From: Trypanosoma brucei
Lineage: Eukaryota
DNA: 64,000 bases
Reading direction: 5' to 3'
NCBI GenBank assembly: GCA_000002445.1
Contig: CP000071.1
Location: 1,824,001-1,888,000, forward strand
The notes beneath the pieces were generated by a model, which was not told the origin of the DNA, did no database searches, and worked only from the letters and a program-made list of their open reading frames with translations. Positions 28,322 to 39,510 of the stretch are shown here, piece after piece. Each line of letters begins with the position of its first letter. The first letter of the stretch is position 1. Both the position numbers and the translations under genes were made by a program.

Positions 28322-30639
28322 TACGCCCAACAGCAAGATTTGAGGTACTTTATATGGCCTGATGTTGGAGGTGTGTTTTACTGACATGGCAAAGGGAGGG
28401 AGAAAGGAAGAGTAGATATGTATGTGTAAATATAAGTTTAGAAAAGATGGATCGCAGGGGAGCAAACGGTGTTTGGGAGGGGAAAAAAAACAAGTGAAAA
28501 CATGCGAGCATGGATATAAAACAGTGGCGACATTAGAATTTATTAGATTTCCAGTATGTGAGGTAGCCCCATTGCAGCACTGATGGGGAAAAGGAGGGAC
28601 GAAAGGAAAGAGAAATTAAAATGCCCCGACTCTCGCCCCTCCACGCGTTTTTTTTGTTCAAAAGTTTAATTACTGGATCCATGAAAATGAAGAATACTTT
28701 TGTCTTATTATTTACAACAGTGATGATGATGATAGTAATAATAATAACGTGGCAGCAGTATTATTATTATTGTTGTTGTTGTTACTTGAGATCCCTCATA
28801 CTGTTTTGCAGAACGTAAGAAAAAGATAACTTATATTTTTGTTAAAAAGCAAGCCTACCAAGGAAAAGAAAAAGGGAAGGTGATTTGTTTTATTGTTTTC
28901 TTTAATCAATATAGAAGTCCTTTCGCATACGTGAGACAATTACGAGTGTATTTGCTTATTGTTGTTGTTTTAATTCCCCTTGTTTTATTGTTGTCCAATT
29001 GCAATTTTGTTTAATATATATGTATCACTGTTACTGTTACCGTTACGATTTTCTGTTTGTTTCGTTTTTTTTTTGATGTCGTCGTGTAAATAAGGAGGGA
29101 ATGGTGATGGATTTGAGTGTTGGGGCTGCGGCGTGTATTGCTCAAGTGATTTGGCGAGTTAATTTATTTATTTATTTATTAACTTAATATTTATAATATG
29201 GCAGTAGGGGAGGGGGTAACGGAGGAAAAAGGGAAAATGCGACATCATCGCAGTGTATCGTGAAATTTCCGTGCAGTGGTCTCATCCCGCGCGCCTGGTT
29301 TGTATGAACATTCCATTTCTTTATGTTCCCTCCTGTGTTTCATTATTCCCTTGTTTTTTGTGTAGATGAGTTGGTCCTCCTTTTTTTTTTTTTGATAATT
29401 TTCCGCCCCACTTCATTTGTCTTTTTTTTTTTCTACATTGCTTGTTCGTTCCTTTTTTTTTTTTTTTGGTATTTCCTCGATTCTGATTTCGGTCTTTTTT
29501 AAAAAAAAAAAAGAAAAATCCTCTTCCTTGAACACGAGCGCCACGACCTTCACCCACCAACCTCCGAGTTTTCATATTTTAATAGAAGGAAAACTACTAA
29601 CATCGCAAATTGCGATTTGTGTGGTGATTGACGCAGTTCAGCAAACGTTTCACTAATAAAAGGAGAAAATAAAAATAAGAAGAGGACAAAAGGGGGGATG
29701 GTGTGAAAATAAAGCAGCGGCAGGAAAGAGAATTCAGCTCCTCATCATCACACGTTCCAGTAGTCAAGTGATGAAATTTTTTTTTATTTTGTTTGTGTGG
29801 GTTTTCTGTTTGTCGTCGTATCGGCATGTTTTGTTCTGTCGAAGAGGGATTTTCCGCAAATGTGTGTGTGTGTGTGTGTATTTACCGTACCAATAACTAT
29901 TAGTTGTTGTTTTTTTAAATTCAAAATACATTTACCTCGCCTCTTTCCCCAGCTCCTCAATCCCACTAAGTGATAATAACCCAATAAGAAAATGGAAAAA
30001 AAAAAGCAGCGCACGTGGATTGTTTTGTTATTCTTTTTTTCCCTTTAATTCCCTCCTCAGTGTCATATCGTACCTCATTCAATTGCACCTCTTTGTTCCC
30101 CTTTACTTTATTTTTTGTTTAATTTTGTTTTGTTTTTTGCTTTTCCCTTCTTTTTCCCAACGGAAATCCCAAAACCACAGGGGTACAGTCGCTCCCCATC
30201 CTTTAGTTACATTACCTCATAATTTACGGGAACACACATATACCCAAATATACGAATAGACACGCACATATTTGTATATATATATATATATATTCGTATA
30301 TTAGTTGTGGTTGAAAAGGAAAGGAAAGGAAAGGGAGAGTGCGCCCCTACAGTACGTGACGGCGCTTTTGCAGCTTATTCGTTTCTAGTGCTTCAAAAAG
30401 AAAAAGAAGAAAAAAGGAGCGGAGGAACAAAGGGTTCTTCGCCCTTAGTTGTTTCTTTTTTCTTTTTTCTCTTTTTCCCTCCTCCCCCTTTCCTACATTT
30501 AAAGGTAACAGACGACTGTTCGAGGTAAAATATTCAGAAAGTACAAAACGAAGGCAACTAAAGGGGAAAAAAAGGGGGGGTGCATATAGAAACATCAGTG
30601 CAGGGCTGCGTTCCCCCCCCCCCCCCGCCATCCGAACAA

Positions 30640-31443
30640 ATGATAGTGCGGTTGCTTTTCTTTTCATATTTCCTCCTACTGTTGACTGCCACGCAACTCA
30701 CTGCGCAGGTAACTGATGAATCCACCACAATTACATTCGCACATGAAATTGGCCCAGTAGAAAAACTCAAGCAGCCACAGTTGTTGTGGTTCCTCACATG
30801 GCGCTCAAGTGATGAACAAACCACTTCAATGGCTAGTGTGAATGCGCCTGCTGGCGAACTCGCTGTAACCCTCAATACGGAAGCGCAACAATTAACGAAA
30901 TATGTCGCGGGACTGCAGTGCGAGGAGTCCCGAAAGCTTAACGCGGGATTCCGCTCGGGGCGCTGCACACTTTTGTTGACGGCCTGCGAAGCGGAAGAGC
31001 GGGCAGATGTGTTCTTCAACTACCGCGTGACTAAACATATTGAACACGATACAACTCTAGGCGACACAGCGACTCACGTTAGTAAACTATATGAAGAAGG
31101 TGACAATGAAGATGCCGTAGAGGTGGGCACAGTTACGTACAGTGTGGAAAACAGTAGTGATGATGAGCGTGATCCCAGTGTTGCATTTATTTTGGAGTTT
31201 AATTTAACAGTGAAAGCGGGTGGCTGCAAGAATTGGATTCCCTCCTGGTTGAAGGTGGAGGGACTATCACCTGATGAAGTGGAGATGCGCACCTGGCGGC
31301 GAAGGGCTGCCACTTCTGTTGTGGAACGATGGGGTTATCCGCTACTTTTGGCGGCTGCGGTGTATGGTGCGTTGCATGCCTTGACTGCAATTGCGAGACG
31401 CCACCAACAGGCCGCGGCGGAGAAGAGGAAAAAGATGAAGTAG
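30640..31443 (+). CDS. Hypothetical type-I membrane protein (signal peptide + single C-terminal TM)
   Basis: The track start at 30580 is a GTG. The first in-frame ATG is at 30640, giving MIVRLLFFSYFLLLLTATQLTAQV (signal-peptide-like). The C-terminus has a hydrophobic stretch YPLLLAAAVYGALHALTAIA followed by a basic RRHQQAAAEKRKKMK tail. Confidence 0.5.
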   Translation: MIVRLLFFSYFLLLLTATQLTAQVTDESTTITFAHEIGPVEKLKQPQLLWFLTWRSSDEQTTSMASVNAPAGELAVTLNTEAQQLTKYVAGLQCEESRKLNAGFRSGRCTLLLTACEAEERADVFFNYRVTKHIEHDTTLGDTATHVSKLYEEGDNEDAVEVGTVTYSVENSSDDERDPSVAFILEFNLTVKAGGCKNWIPSWLKVEGLSPDEVEMRTWRRRAATSVVERWGYPLLLAAAVYGALHALTAIARRHQQAAAEKRKKMK

Positions 31444-31920
31444 TCGCAGTTGCATTTACTTACCGCAGTGTTCCTCACAATCAATCACATTATGGTTCAG
31501 AGTTGGGATGTATGGAGTTGTGCGAGTGGTGTCCATTAACTCAACTATGCAGATGTGAGACAGAAATTACTGTCGGGCTGCGCAGCATCGAAGAAACGTA
31601 TAAAAATAAGGGGTGAGAAGGTTATGAGGCGAATTTACATTACATCTCACCGTTTCCTGTAAACACAAAAGCAACTGTTGTTTTTCACATTTTTTGGTGA
31701 CCTATTGGCTTCGGCGCGAGGAACGTTGCGAAGTTGCTCGGGAGCAAGTGAAGACATCCACAGAAAAAGAATTAACACTTTATCAAAGCTATAGGAAATC
31801 TTATTATTATTTTTTTGACCCATTATTGTTAGTGCACCGTTGTTAAATAAATCAGAAGGGCAAAAAAAAAAAAGGAGAACTTACTTGTCATTTACGAAAC
31901 CTCACTGAAAGTTGACGATA

Positions 31921-32763
31921 ATGTTTGGCACGCCGGTTGAGAATCTGACGGCAAATCAGATCAAGGAAGAACTGCGAACTCTATACGGTGTCAGCGACTT
32001 CTCGGGATGCATTGAGCAAAAGGATCTTCAAGAGAAACTTGAAAAAACACGTGAAACGGAGCTCATCACACACGGACTGAAGTATGGCCCGCTTCTGCAA
32101 ATCGGCAACAGACAAAGCCCCAGTGGTATTGTGACCCTCACACACGGTTTGGGGGACTCCGCCAATGGTTGGGAGAGTGTTGCAGTGGAGCTTTCACGGC
32201 GCCTCCCACATCTTTTGTTTTTACTCCCAACAGCATCCATGCAGCCCGTCGGTATTAATGGAGGAGCAGTTATGAATTCATGGTATGACATCAGAAATGT
32301 GAGTTCAGGGAATGGAGTAACGGAGGATGCTGAGGCCATCATAATGTCAGCCAATTACCTCAAAAGTCTCGCATACACCGCGTCACGGCGCTACCAAGTA
32401 CCTGCTGGTCGCGTGGTGTATGCCGGATTCTCGCAAGGTGCTGTTATCTCACTCGCCGCAGGCCTGACCGCTCGCATTGCACCAGCAGGTGTGGCTGCCT
32501 TGTCGGGATATTTCGCTGCCGCGGAGAAAATATTGCCGCAGCTGTGCAACAAAAGTCTACCAGTGCTCCTCTGCCACGGCACGATGGACAACATCATCCC
32601 TTTCAGTGCGGCTGAGAAAACTAAGGAAACGTTGGAGAGCCTTGGCGTGGGCCCCGTCACGCTCTATTCCTACCCAATGGAGCACTCCTCTCATCCCAAA
32701 GAAATTAATGACCTTGAGAAGTTTTTGCAGCAAGTCCTCCCCGGACCTTCATCGAAATCGTAA
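31921..32763 (+). CDS. Phospholipase/carboxylesterase-family alpha/beta hydrolase (acyl-protein thioesterase / lysophospholipase-like) with ~50-aa N-terminal extension
   Basis: The track start at 31912 is a TTG. The ATG is at 31921. It has the GFSQGA nucleophile elbow (GxSxG), and LCHGTMDNIIPF and the YPMEH block near the C-terminus, collinear with the catalytic-His region of LYPLA/APT-type hydrolases. The N-terminal ~50 aa (NLTANQIKEELRTLYGVSDFSG...) lie outside the hydrolase fold. Confidence 0.75.
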   Translation: MFGTPVENLTANQIKEELRTLYGVSDFSGCIEQKDLQEKLEKTRETELITHGLKYGPLLQIGNRQSPSGIVTLTHGLGDSANGWESVAVELSRRLPHLLFLLPTASMQPVGINGGAVMNSWYDIRNVSSGNGVTEDAEAIIMSANYLKSLAYTASRRYQVPAGRVVYAGFSQGAVISLAAGLTARIAPAGVAALSGYFAAAEKILPQLCNKSLPVLLCHGTMDNIIPFSAAEKTKETLESLGVGPVTLYSYPMEHSSHPKEINDLEKFLQQVLPGPSSKS

Positions 32764-33358
32764 TTTTTGTGGAGTTGTAAGAAAGAGAGGTGAATGCCGG
32801 AAGCGGCTGCCACAATGTTGAGGAAAGTAAATATGGCGCGTCACCTGAGAGAGAGAGAGAGAGAGGAAAGGGGGAAAAAGAAAAGATAGAAAGAAAGGTC
32901 AGAAATGCAGGAAAATACAAAAATAAGGATGAGTTCACGAATGTCACTCCCAGAAGGTAACGTAACTATCGCCAACAGGTATTGCTAGTCCCGTTGGCAG
33001 GCATGAAATGAGTTTTATTTAACCAGAATGTTTGCTGTGGCTCATTATCACAGTCGTTTCTTTGTTTAACTTTGGAGTTTTTCTTCCCCTTCCCTCGGGA
33101 CATCTTAAGGCGTCTGGTGACTGATTGCCTTGTCCTCAACGCTGTTATTGCAGATGCTCTCATTTCACACGCGCACACACATCGTAAAAATATTTTTTTG
33201 AAAAAAAAAAGAAGAAAAAAAACGAGGAGCGTATTTACCGGGCGCCGTAGGAGCAAGCACCAAAACACGTTTGCATTATAAGGCGCCGTTGCGCCGACTG
33301 TCTTGCAATTTGTGGCCGCGGCCACTTCCACCTGCGTTACTCAGAACTTCAATAGGTC

Positions 33359-34069
33359 ATGCGCCACTCCGTGAAGTGTTTAGCGGGTATCATGTTCACC
33401 ACCCGGAGTCCACTACGGTCAGGCTACAAATATTTCGAAGATATGTTCCCCAAGCACGAGCCGGCACCTCGGTACAACACCTACGAGGAACAACAGCGAG
33501 GCGCCACTGTTAAGTCATTAGAGCCACGGCGTCAACTTAGCGAGTCGGAGAAGCTCCACCATTTGCACGACTGGAAGAAAGAACAAGATGGCTTAACGCC
33601 TCCACCAGAGTTTGGTTGGCCAGAGGAGTGGGGTCCGGAACCCGGTGAAGAGGGCCATAGCGAGTGGTACAAGAAAAATCGCGTATATATGTCATATGAA
33701 GAAAAGGCAAAATATGACTTCCGTTTAGGTGTTCCGGTAGAGAAAAACTCGATGAGACATCAGGAAATGCCGTACCACCGCCGTATGAAGGCCGCCTACC
33801 ACAACCTACAGGAGGATAAACCGCAATGGTTCGACCCCCGGCAACGGAAATATTGGGCCCAATACTCTTACGAAGATCAGCGTGACTCTGTGGCTAAGTC
33901 AAGGGATGATTACTTGCGCGAGTGGTTGGATAAGCCGGATGTTACACAAGAAAATGTGGCGAAGAAAATTGGTGACTACAACGGTACAGCGAAGCACCAG
34001 AGTGTGAAACCGGTGCAAAGGCGGCCAGAGTGGGAGTTGGCTCCCCTACAGGGGAAGAAGAGTGATTGA
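33359..34069 (+). CDS. Hypothetical Trp/Glu/Lys-rich protein, possibly mitochondrial
   Basis: The ORF starts with ATG. The N-terminus MRHSVKCLAGIMFTTRSPLRSGY resembles an amphipathic presequence. The body is charged and rich in W and Y (WPEEWGPEPGEEGHSEWYKK). No domain is recognised. Confidence 0.5.
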   Translation: MRHSVKCLAGIMFTTRSPLRSGYKYFEDMFPKHEPAPRYNTYEEQQRGATVKSLEPRRQLSESEKLHHLHDWKKEQDGLTPPPEFGWPEEWGPEPGEEGHSEWYKKNRVYMSYEEKAKYDFRLGVPVEKNSMRHQEMPYHRRMKAAYHNLQEDKPQWFDPRQRKYWAQYSYEDQRDSVAKSRDDYLREWLDKPDVTQENVAKKIGDYNGTAKHQSVKPVQRRPEWELAPLQGKKSD

Positions 34070-34414
34070 AAACTTCATTGCTAAGCATCGGAAAGGAAAG
34101 AGTGGTGACCTGTTGCGGTATAACGACGTGTTCATTGTCTTCTATGGAAAGCGAAGGGGGTATAATGACTCTTTTGCTTGTACTGTAGCTATCGAATTAA
34201 CGCGTGGTTATGACCGAAGTAGAAGGGTGACGCAATTCAACAATCTCATCTGCCATCTTACCACTGTGCAAAACCGTCATTCATTTCCCATTTATTGTCG
34301 CATCATCTGTGGAGAAGTGCAGAAAGAGGAACGAGCGCACTAAGAGGTCCCCTAAGTAAGACAAAGCAAAAAAAAAGGGACGACAGAACCACGGCGAATC
34401 AACACGACAAAGTG

Positions 34415-35839
34415 ATGCATCTTGTGAGGAAGGGGAGAGTCGCCTTAGGCGCCAGTATCGTCGGGACGCTTCGCTTTCAGGCCGACAAAGTGTCAATTTT
34501 TCGACATCATAGCACAACAACTCCTAGTCCAAGGACGACGCAACCAAAGATGCATACACTCAGTGAAAATAAAGCGGACGCCTCCGCCTACGCATTTGGT
34601 GACGATCTTGCCAACTACTCTTCTTTACGGCACAACTTCTACTTGTTACTGCACGGCCGGCGCATGTGGTTGCCGTTGGTCATGCTGGGTATATACAATG
34701 TTCTTGCGCCGCTGTACCTCACCACCTGGATCACTAATGCCCTTTATTGGAGTGGATGTATTTTACTGCAGCGCTACAGCGTGCGGGGACGAATGAACCG
34801 CCTCCGAAAGGACTTCACTGACCATGTTTGCGTTGTTACAGGTGGAACAAGTGGTATTGGGCTCTACACCGCCATGCAACTGTGGGAAATGGGAGCTCAC
34901 GTAGTGGTCGCCTCCCGTCCAGGAAAGGAAACAGAGACAAGAGAGTTTATTCGGAAAAACTGTCGGCTCCCAAAGGAGTCAGAGGAGGACACACCACTGG
35001 AACGCTTGACCTTTGTGTCGGTTGATTTATCAGATCAATTGGAAGTCATGGCAGCGGCCGCCCGCATTAAGGGAATGTTCGATAACCGCGTAGACTTGTT
35101 GGTGAATTCCGCCGCTGTGTGGCGCGAGGTGCCGAACGCAACGCGAAAGGGTCTCGAAGAGCATATTGCAACCAACTTCCTTGGCCCATTCCATCTAACA
35201 GAGGCATTACTGCCATCACTGCGTCGGTCACGTCGTGGCGGCCGCATTGTTTACGTTACATGTGCATCGCATAACGGCGTTCGTCGTGCCGATGTTGTTC
35301 GCGAGCGAATGACCCTGAAACCATCAGAAGATACACAGCAGCTAACGGCACGCTGCTACAGCGCATCAAAGCTGGGTAATATTTACCATGTTCAGTCCCT
35401 AGCCGCTAGGCGCTACGAAGGTATTCCACTGAACACGCCTTCGGCTGACCTGCGGCCAGTGGATGTTTGTGCTGTTGATCCAGGGTTCTGTGCGACAGGT
35501 CACACATGGCGAGAGAGTCCACCATTTCTTGGCACGGGTTTGTTGGGCCGTGCGCTTCGCTCATTATGGATGAAGGACGGCTATGAGGGAAGCCAAACAG
35601 TAGTGAATTGTTGCGTGCGGGAAGATCTGGAAAGTGGCGGTTTTTACGCAGCATGCATGTGCATGCCGTCAGGTCTCAGTCGCCGGGCGCACGACTCCAA
35701 GAGTTGTCGTGAGGTGATGCAGTGGGCAATGGCGAAAGCAATTGCGAGGTACTACACCGTAAGGCCGCGAGCAGATAACAAAGGGGACACCAGCAGCAGT
35801 GTTAGTAATAACCTTAGTAAGGTTAGCAGTGCGAACTGA
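34415..35839 (+). CDS. Short-chain dehydrogenase/reductase (SDR) with N-terminal transmembrane anchor, paralogue 1
   Basis: The track start at 34295 is a TTG. The first in-frame ATG is at 34415 (alternative at 34548). The cofactor motif is VCVVTGGTSGIGLYTA and the active-site motif is YSASKLGNIYHV. There is a hydrophobic segment MWLPLVMLGIYNVLAPLYLTTWI. It is paralogous to the gene at 36404-37900. Confidence 0.75.
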   Translation: MHLVRKGRVALGASIVGTLRFQADKVSIFRHHSTTTPSPRTTQPKMHTLSENKADASAYAFGDDLANYSSLRHNFYLLLHGRRMWLPLVMLGIYNVLAPLYLTTWITNALYWSGCILLQRYSVRGRMNRLRKDFTDHVCVVTGGTSGIGLYTAMQLWEMGAHVVVASRPGKETETREFIRKNCRLPKESEEDTPLERLTFVSVDLSDQLEVMAAAARIKGMFDNRVDLLVNSAAVWREVPNATRKGLEEHIATNFLGPFHLTEALLPSLRRSRRGGRIVYVTCASHNGVRRADVVRERMTLKPSEDTQQLTARCYSASKLGNIYHVQSLAARRYEGIPLNTPSADLRPVDVCAVDPGFCATGHTWRESPPFLGTGLLGRALRSLWMKDGYEGSQTVVNCCVREDLESGGFYAACMCMPSGLSRRAHDSKSCREVMQWAMAKAIARYYTVRPRADNKGDTSSSVSNNLSKVSSAN

Positions 35840-36403
35840 TCATTGAGGCAATCGCTGAAAGCCGTGCCAGGAGATGACACCTCATTTTTTCGTGGGTTTA
35901 AAGGGTTGTTGTTTTTTTTTTTAATGAATACATACCGATTCGTTTAGTTTATCGTCACTGTCTATAACTTTCTTACTTTGTATTTTCATGTTTAATGTAC
36001 AGAACTGTGCACCGTTCCGATCAATAAGCGATCGGATTCTGTTCGTGCCAGAGGAGTAATGCTATGCAGTTGCATGTCATTCGTTTCTTGGCACACCATC
36101 ACGTTGTAGACGCATGCGAGGCCGCGAGCAGCGCGTTCTGTTTTGTTTGGTGGCATCTCTTCTTCCTCGTTCAAATCTTGTGCCACTCGCTGGTGTTGTT
36201 TGTTTGTTTTTTCCGTGACTTGTCAACAATGCAAGATGCGTACGCAGCTATAGTAGAGGACGTTCCCGTGTACATATACCGACACCGAAAACTCCATTGA
36301 ATTGTGGAGAGACGAGGGTGTAGAGGGGAAATTGTTGGAAGGAACACTTACCATAACGTATCAACATAGACACGAAGACAGACGGGAATAGGGCGATTAC
36401 CTA

Positions 36404-37900
36404 ATGCCATTCCAGCTAAGCCGTCGTCTCGTGGTAGCTTCAGTGCGACAAATACGCGTCAGAATTCCGTGCAGCCGATGTTATTGTTTGTACGAGAGCT
36501 GCCGGAGCTACCGACAGACGCCGTCTCTCTTTCCTCCACGTAAAATTTCCCAGGCAAAACAGAAGCCGTTGTTCCCTGGCATGTATCGCACGGTGAGACT
36601 GTTTGATGGTGAGCACACATACCATTACGGCCGGCACACCTACACTATCATGCGGGAGAGCCTCACATTTGCCATCATACCACTTGGTTGCGTAGCTGCT
36701 TATGCCGCCACTTACTTTGATCCCTTTGCGGCGGTTCCACTAGAACTTCAAGGGGCTTATCTCGTATTTCTTCTTATTGGTTCACGGTTGTACGCCCGCG
36801 GTCGCAGTTGTCGGACCGTAAAGGATCTTACGGGTCGCCATGTGGTTGTTACGGGCGGCACCAGCGGCATTGGGAAGGAAACGGCGGCCCGACTTGCTGC
36901 AGCGGGCGCCGATGTAACTGTTTTAGCCCGTAGCAGCTCTCATGCTGAGGCAGCGATAACCTACATAAGGCGTTCCGCTCATTGTGAAGGACAAGTGGTG
37001 CAATTTACCCCACTTGACCTCTCAGACTTTCTTGCAGTGCGCGACTACTGTAGGAGACTTCGTCATACCAACACGCGACTAGATATTTTGGTCAACTGCG
37101 CTGGGGTTATGCACCAACGGCAAGTGATGTCACGCTGCGGTGACGATGAACAGCTGGCTGTGAACCTGCTTGGGCCGTACCTATTGACAGAAGGACTCCT
37201 TCCACTTATCGCAGAGAGCGGTGGCCGGATTGTAAACGTTTCGTGCTCTGCCCATGTAGCAGTGAGAGGAAATATTGTGCAAACGTACCTTTCGGGTCGG
37301 GGGGTGTGGTCTCCACGAGTGCGTGGGAAGTTCGATGGACTTGAACAGTATGGGCTCACAAAACTTGGCTGCATTTACCACGCACAAGAACTCGCTAGTC
37401 GTTCCTACCACTCCACAACGAAAGGAAATGCATCATTTTGTCCAACCGATACGTCCCACCCCTCACTGGGCTCAAGTGCCATCAACAAAGGTAGTAACTT
37501 AAACCTTTATCATTACAAACATAACAGCGGCAACCGAGCGAGTAATAACAACGACAGCGGAGACGGGGGAGGTGATGATGAAGCTGGCGCGCCAAATTAC
37601 ACAACCTGTGTGGCCGTCCCAGGTGGTGTAGTGACTGGTATATACCGTTATGTGCCTCTTGCTGCCACATTTCGTTGGTTCCGTTGGATATACCTCCTCT
37701 TCATGCGTAGTGCCCGTGAAGGGAGTCAGACAGTAGTGGATTGCTGTCTAAGGGATGATATTGTGAATGGTGGGTACTATCAGAACTGTCGCTACGCACC
37801 CAGTGGACTTTCCGCCGCAGCCTGCAACATAGAAGAGCGGAAGAATGTTCTCACGTGGGTGAGACGTAAAATGCAACCATATATGCAATGGGACAGATAA
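36404..37900 (+). CDS. Short-chain dehydrogenase/reductase (SDR) with N-terminal transmembrane anchor, paralogue 2
   Basis: The ORF starts with ATG. Motifs are VVVTGGTSGIGKETA and YGLTKLGCIYHAQ. GSQTVVDCCLRDDIVNGGYYQNC aligns with GSQTVVNCCVREDLESGGFYAAC of paralogue 1. It carries an extra Ser/Asn/Gly/Asp-rich insertion (SSAINKGSNLNLYHYKHNSGNRASNNNDSGDGGGDDEAG). Confidence 0.75.
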   Translation: MPFQLSRRLVVASVRQIRVRIPCSRCYCLYESCRSYRQTPSLFPPRKISQAKQKPLFPGMYRTVRLFDGEHTYHYGRHTYTIMRESLTFAIIPLGCVAAYAATYFDPFAAVPLELQGAYLVFLLIGSRLYARGRSCRTVKDLTGRHVVVTGGTSGIGKETAARLAAAGADVTVLARSSSHAEAAITYIRRSAHCEGQVVQFTPLDLSDFLAVRDYCRRLRHTNTRLDILVNCAGVMHQRQVMSRCGDDEQLAVNLLGPYLLTEGLLPLIAESGGRIVNVSCSAHVAVRGNIVQTYLSGRGVWSPRVRGKFDGLEQYGLTKLGCIYHAQELASRSYHSTTKGNASFCPTDTSHPSLGSSAINKGSNLNLYHYKHNSGNRASNNNDSGDGGGDDEAGAPNYTTCVAVPGGVVTGIYRYVPLAATFRWFRWIYLLFMRSAREGSQTVVDCCLRDDIVNGGYYQNCRYAPSGLSAAACNIEERKNVLTWVRRKMQPYMQWDR

Positions 37901-38444
37901 AGTGCTTGAGCGGTAGGTTTACAAATGAATTTGGTGGTGAAGGTAAAGTTCAGTGTGTATGATTGTTTCACATGTTATTTGTTACAGATTCATTATTATT
38001 ATTATTATTGTTGTTGTTGTTGTTGTCACTACTTTTTTTTTTAAAAATCCGCGAACGAAATAAGAATGAAAATGGACAGTGCCTTGTGAACCTAAAGTGC
38101 CACGTAGTGTTGTCGCTTAGTCTGGAGCTACATTGTATACCAAACACTTTTTCGCACCACTCGTTTCTTCTTTTTTTTTTTGGTTTCGTTCGGTTTTGTC
38201 TTGCGTGTTCGGTTTTCTTTTCCCTCCTTTGGGTAAAGTATTAGCACGCTAAAGAAAAGATCAACGGCAGAGTCCCCCTTTTTTTGTTTTTGTTTTTGAA
38301 TTGCTTTTAGCGGCGCGGAACTCACAAAAGTTCGCACAACCTAAACGCATACACAGCACATCAAAGTGGAAGAAAAAAAAGAAGGAAGACTTCAAAATAA
38401 CAATAACAATTTAAAAGAAATAACAAGTAATACCAACTACAGCA

Positions 38445-38762
38445 ATGGTAAAGTTGACTCATGAAGATACGCAGCGCATCAAAACTGCTTTTCTCTCTTA
38501 TTCACAGGGTCAACCGAAGGTGACGGAGCAGATGATGGACCAACTTATTTGTGGTGCCATTCCGGGAATTTCATGGGAAGAACTTCAGGCAAAGAAGGGC
38601 CCCAAGGCAGCGCAGGGATATGACCGCAGCGCGTTCTTTTCATTGGTTACTTCTGACGACCGGTACGTGCAGTTTATTGTCGCCAACTTCCCCCCAGCAC
38701 CTGAAGAGGAAAAGGCGCCGCAGGTCGATGCATTGGAATTGAAAACTGCAAAGGGTTTCTAA
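38445..38762 (+). CDS. Small hypothetical protein, 105 aa
   Basis: The ORF starts with ATG and is non-repetitive. Its codon usage is similar to the neighbours, and a T-rich tract lies ~150 bp upstream. I do not recognise the family. Confidence 0.4.
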   Translation: MVKLTHEDTQRIKTAFLSYSQGQPKVTEQMMDQLICGAIPGISWEELQAKKGPKAAQGYDRSAFFSLVTSDDRYVQFIVANFPPAPEEEKAPQVDALELKTAKGF

Positions 38763-39234
38763 GTTGTGCAGTTGTGCCGGTGCCGGGAAGCAAAAAAAAA
38801 AAGAAGAAAAAAGGAAAGATTTCTCAAGAGGAGCTGCAGGAAGAAATGCGGATGAAGCGAACCCGTATGCGAACTAATGGGAAAATCACATACAAGTGAA
38901 GAGATGAATATATATATATATATATATATGGAGGAGTTGCTACGGCACTTGATGATACATATGTAAGTGAGCCAACTCATATGCGTGTACGTGCATGGAT
39001 GTGTGTATATAAAGGAAAGTTAGGTGGAGTAAGAATTCATACACACGCACATATATATATATATTTTTATTTATGGATATTTTCTGTGGAGGTGCGGGCT
39101 CCACTAAAGTAATAGAGGGAATGAGAAGGTTGGCTAGAGGAATACGTGCCTGTACCTGAATGTGGACCTTGTATTGTTGTTGTTGTTGTTGTTTCCTTTT
39201 CCACGAACCCTTCAATATATACCACCTTCTTTCG

Positions 39235-39235
<1 letters not shown>

Positions 39236-39271
<36 letters not shown>
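39236..39271. repeat. (TA)n(TG)n compound microsatellite
   Basis: Read directly: tatatatatatatatatatat followed by gtgtgtgtgtgtgtgt. Confidence 0.9.
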
Positions 39272-39460
39272 ACATGTATGTGTGTCTGAAAGGCATATAA
39301 TAAAGCTTATATCAAATATGTTTTTTTTTTTTCGTTGCTTATGGATCATCCCTTACCCGCGTTTCCGCGATCGTGTGATGAACTTTTCGTTCTATTTATG
39401 ATAGCGGTTTCTACTGTATTTGTTAGCGACCCGTGGCTCTTGTTTATATATCTTTATGGG

Positions 39461-39481
39461 CATTTCCTTTTTTTTTTTTTA
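39461..39481 (+). promoter_or_regulatory. T-rich polypyrimidine tract upstream of the PABPN1-like gene
   Basis: catttcc followed by T17, 30 nt upstream of the ATG at 39511. AG dinucleotides follow at 39496-39500. Confidence 0.5.
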
Positions 39482-39510
39482 CGTATGTGTGATGAAGGAA
39501 GGATTGAACA

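Noticed and set aside
28700-28820. TGATGA-containing stretches at 28725 and 53330 considered as C/D snoRNA candidates
   Set aside because: No correctly spaced D box (CTGA), no terminal stem, and no C'/D' arrangement. 28725 is simply a (TGA)n microsatellite.
33828-33839. GGTTCGACCCCC, which resembles a tRNA T-arm/T-loop
   Set aside because: It lies inside a good CDS. No acceptor stem, D-arm or anticodon arm can be folded from the flanks. It is a chance match.
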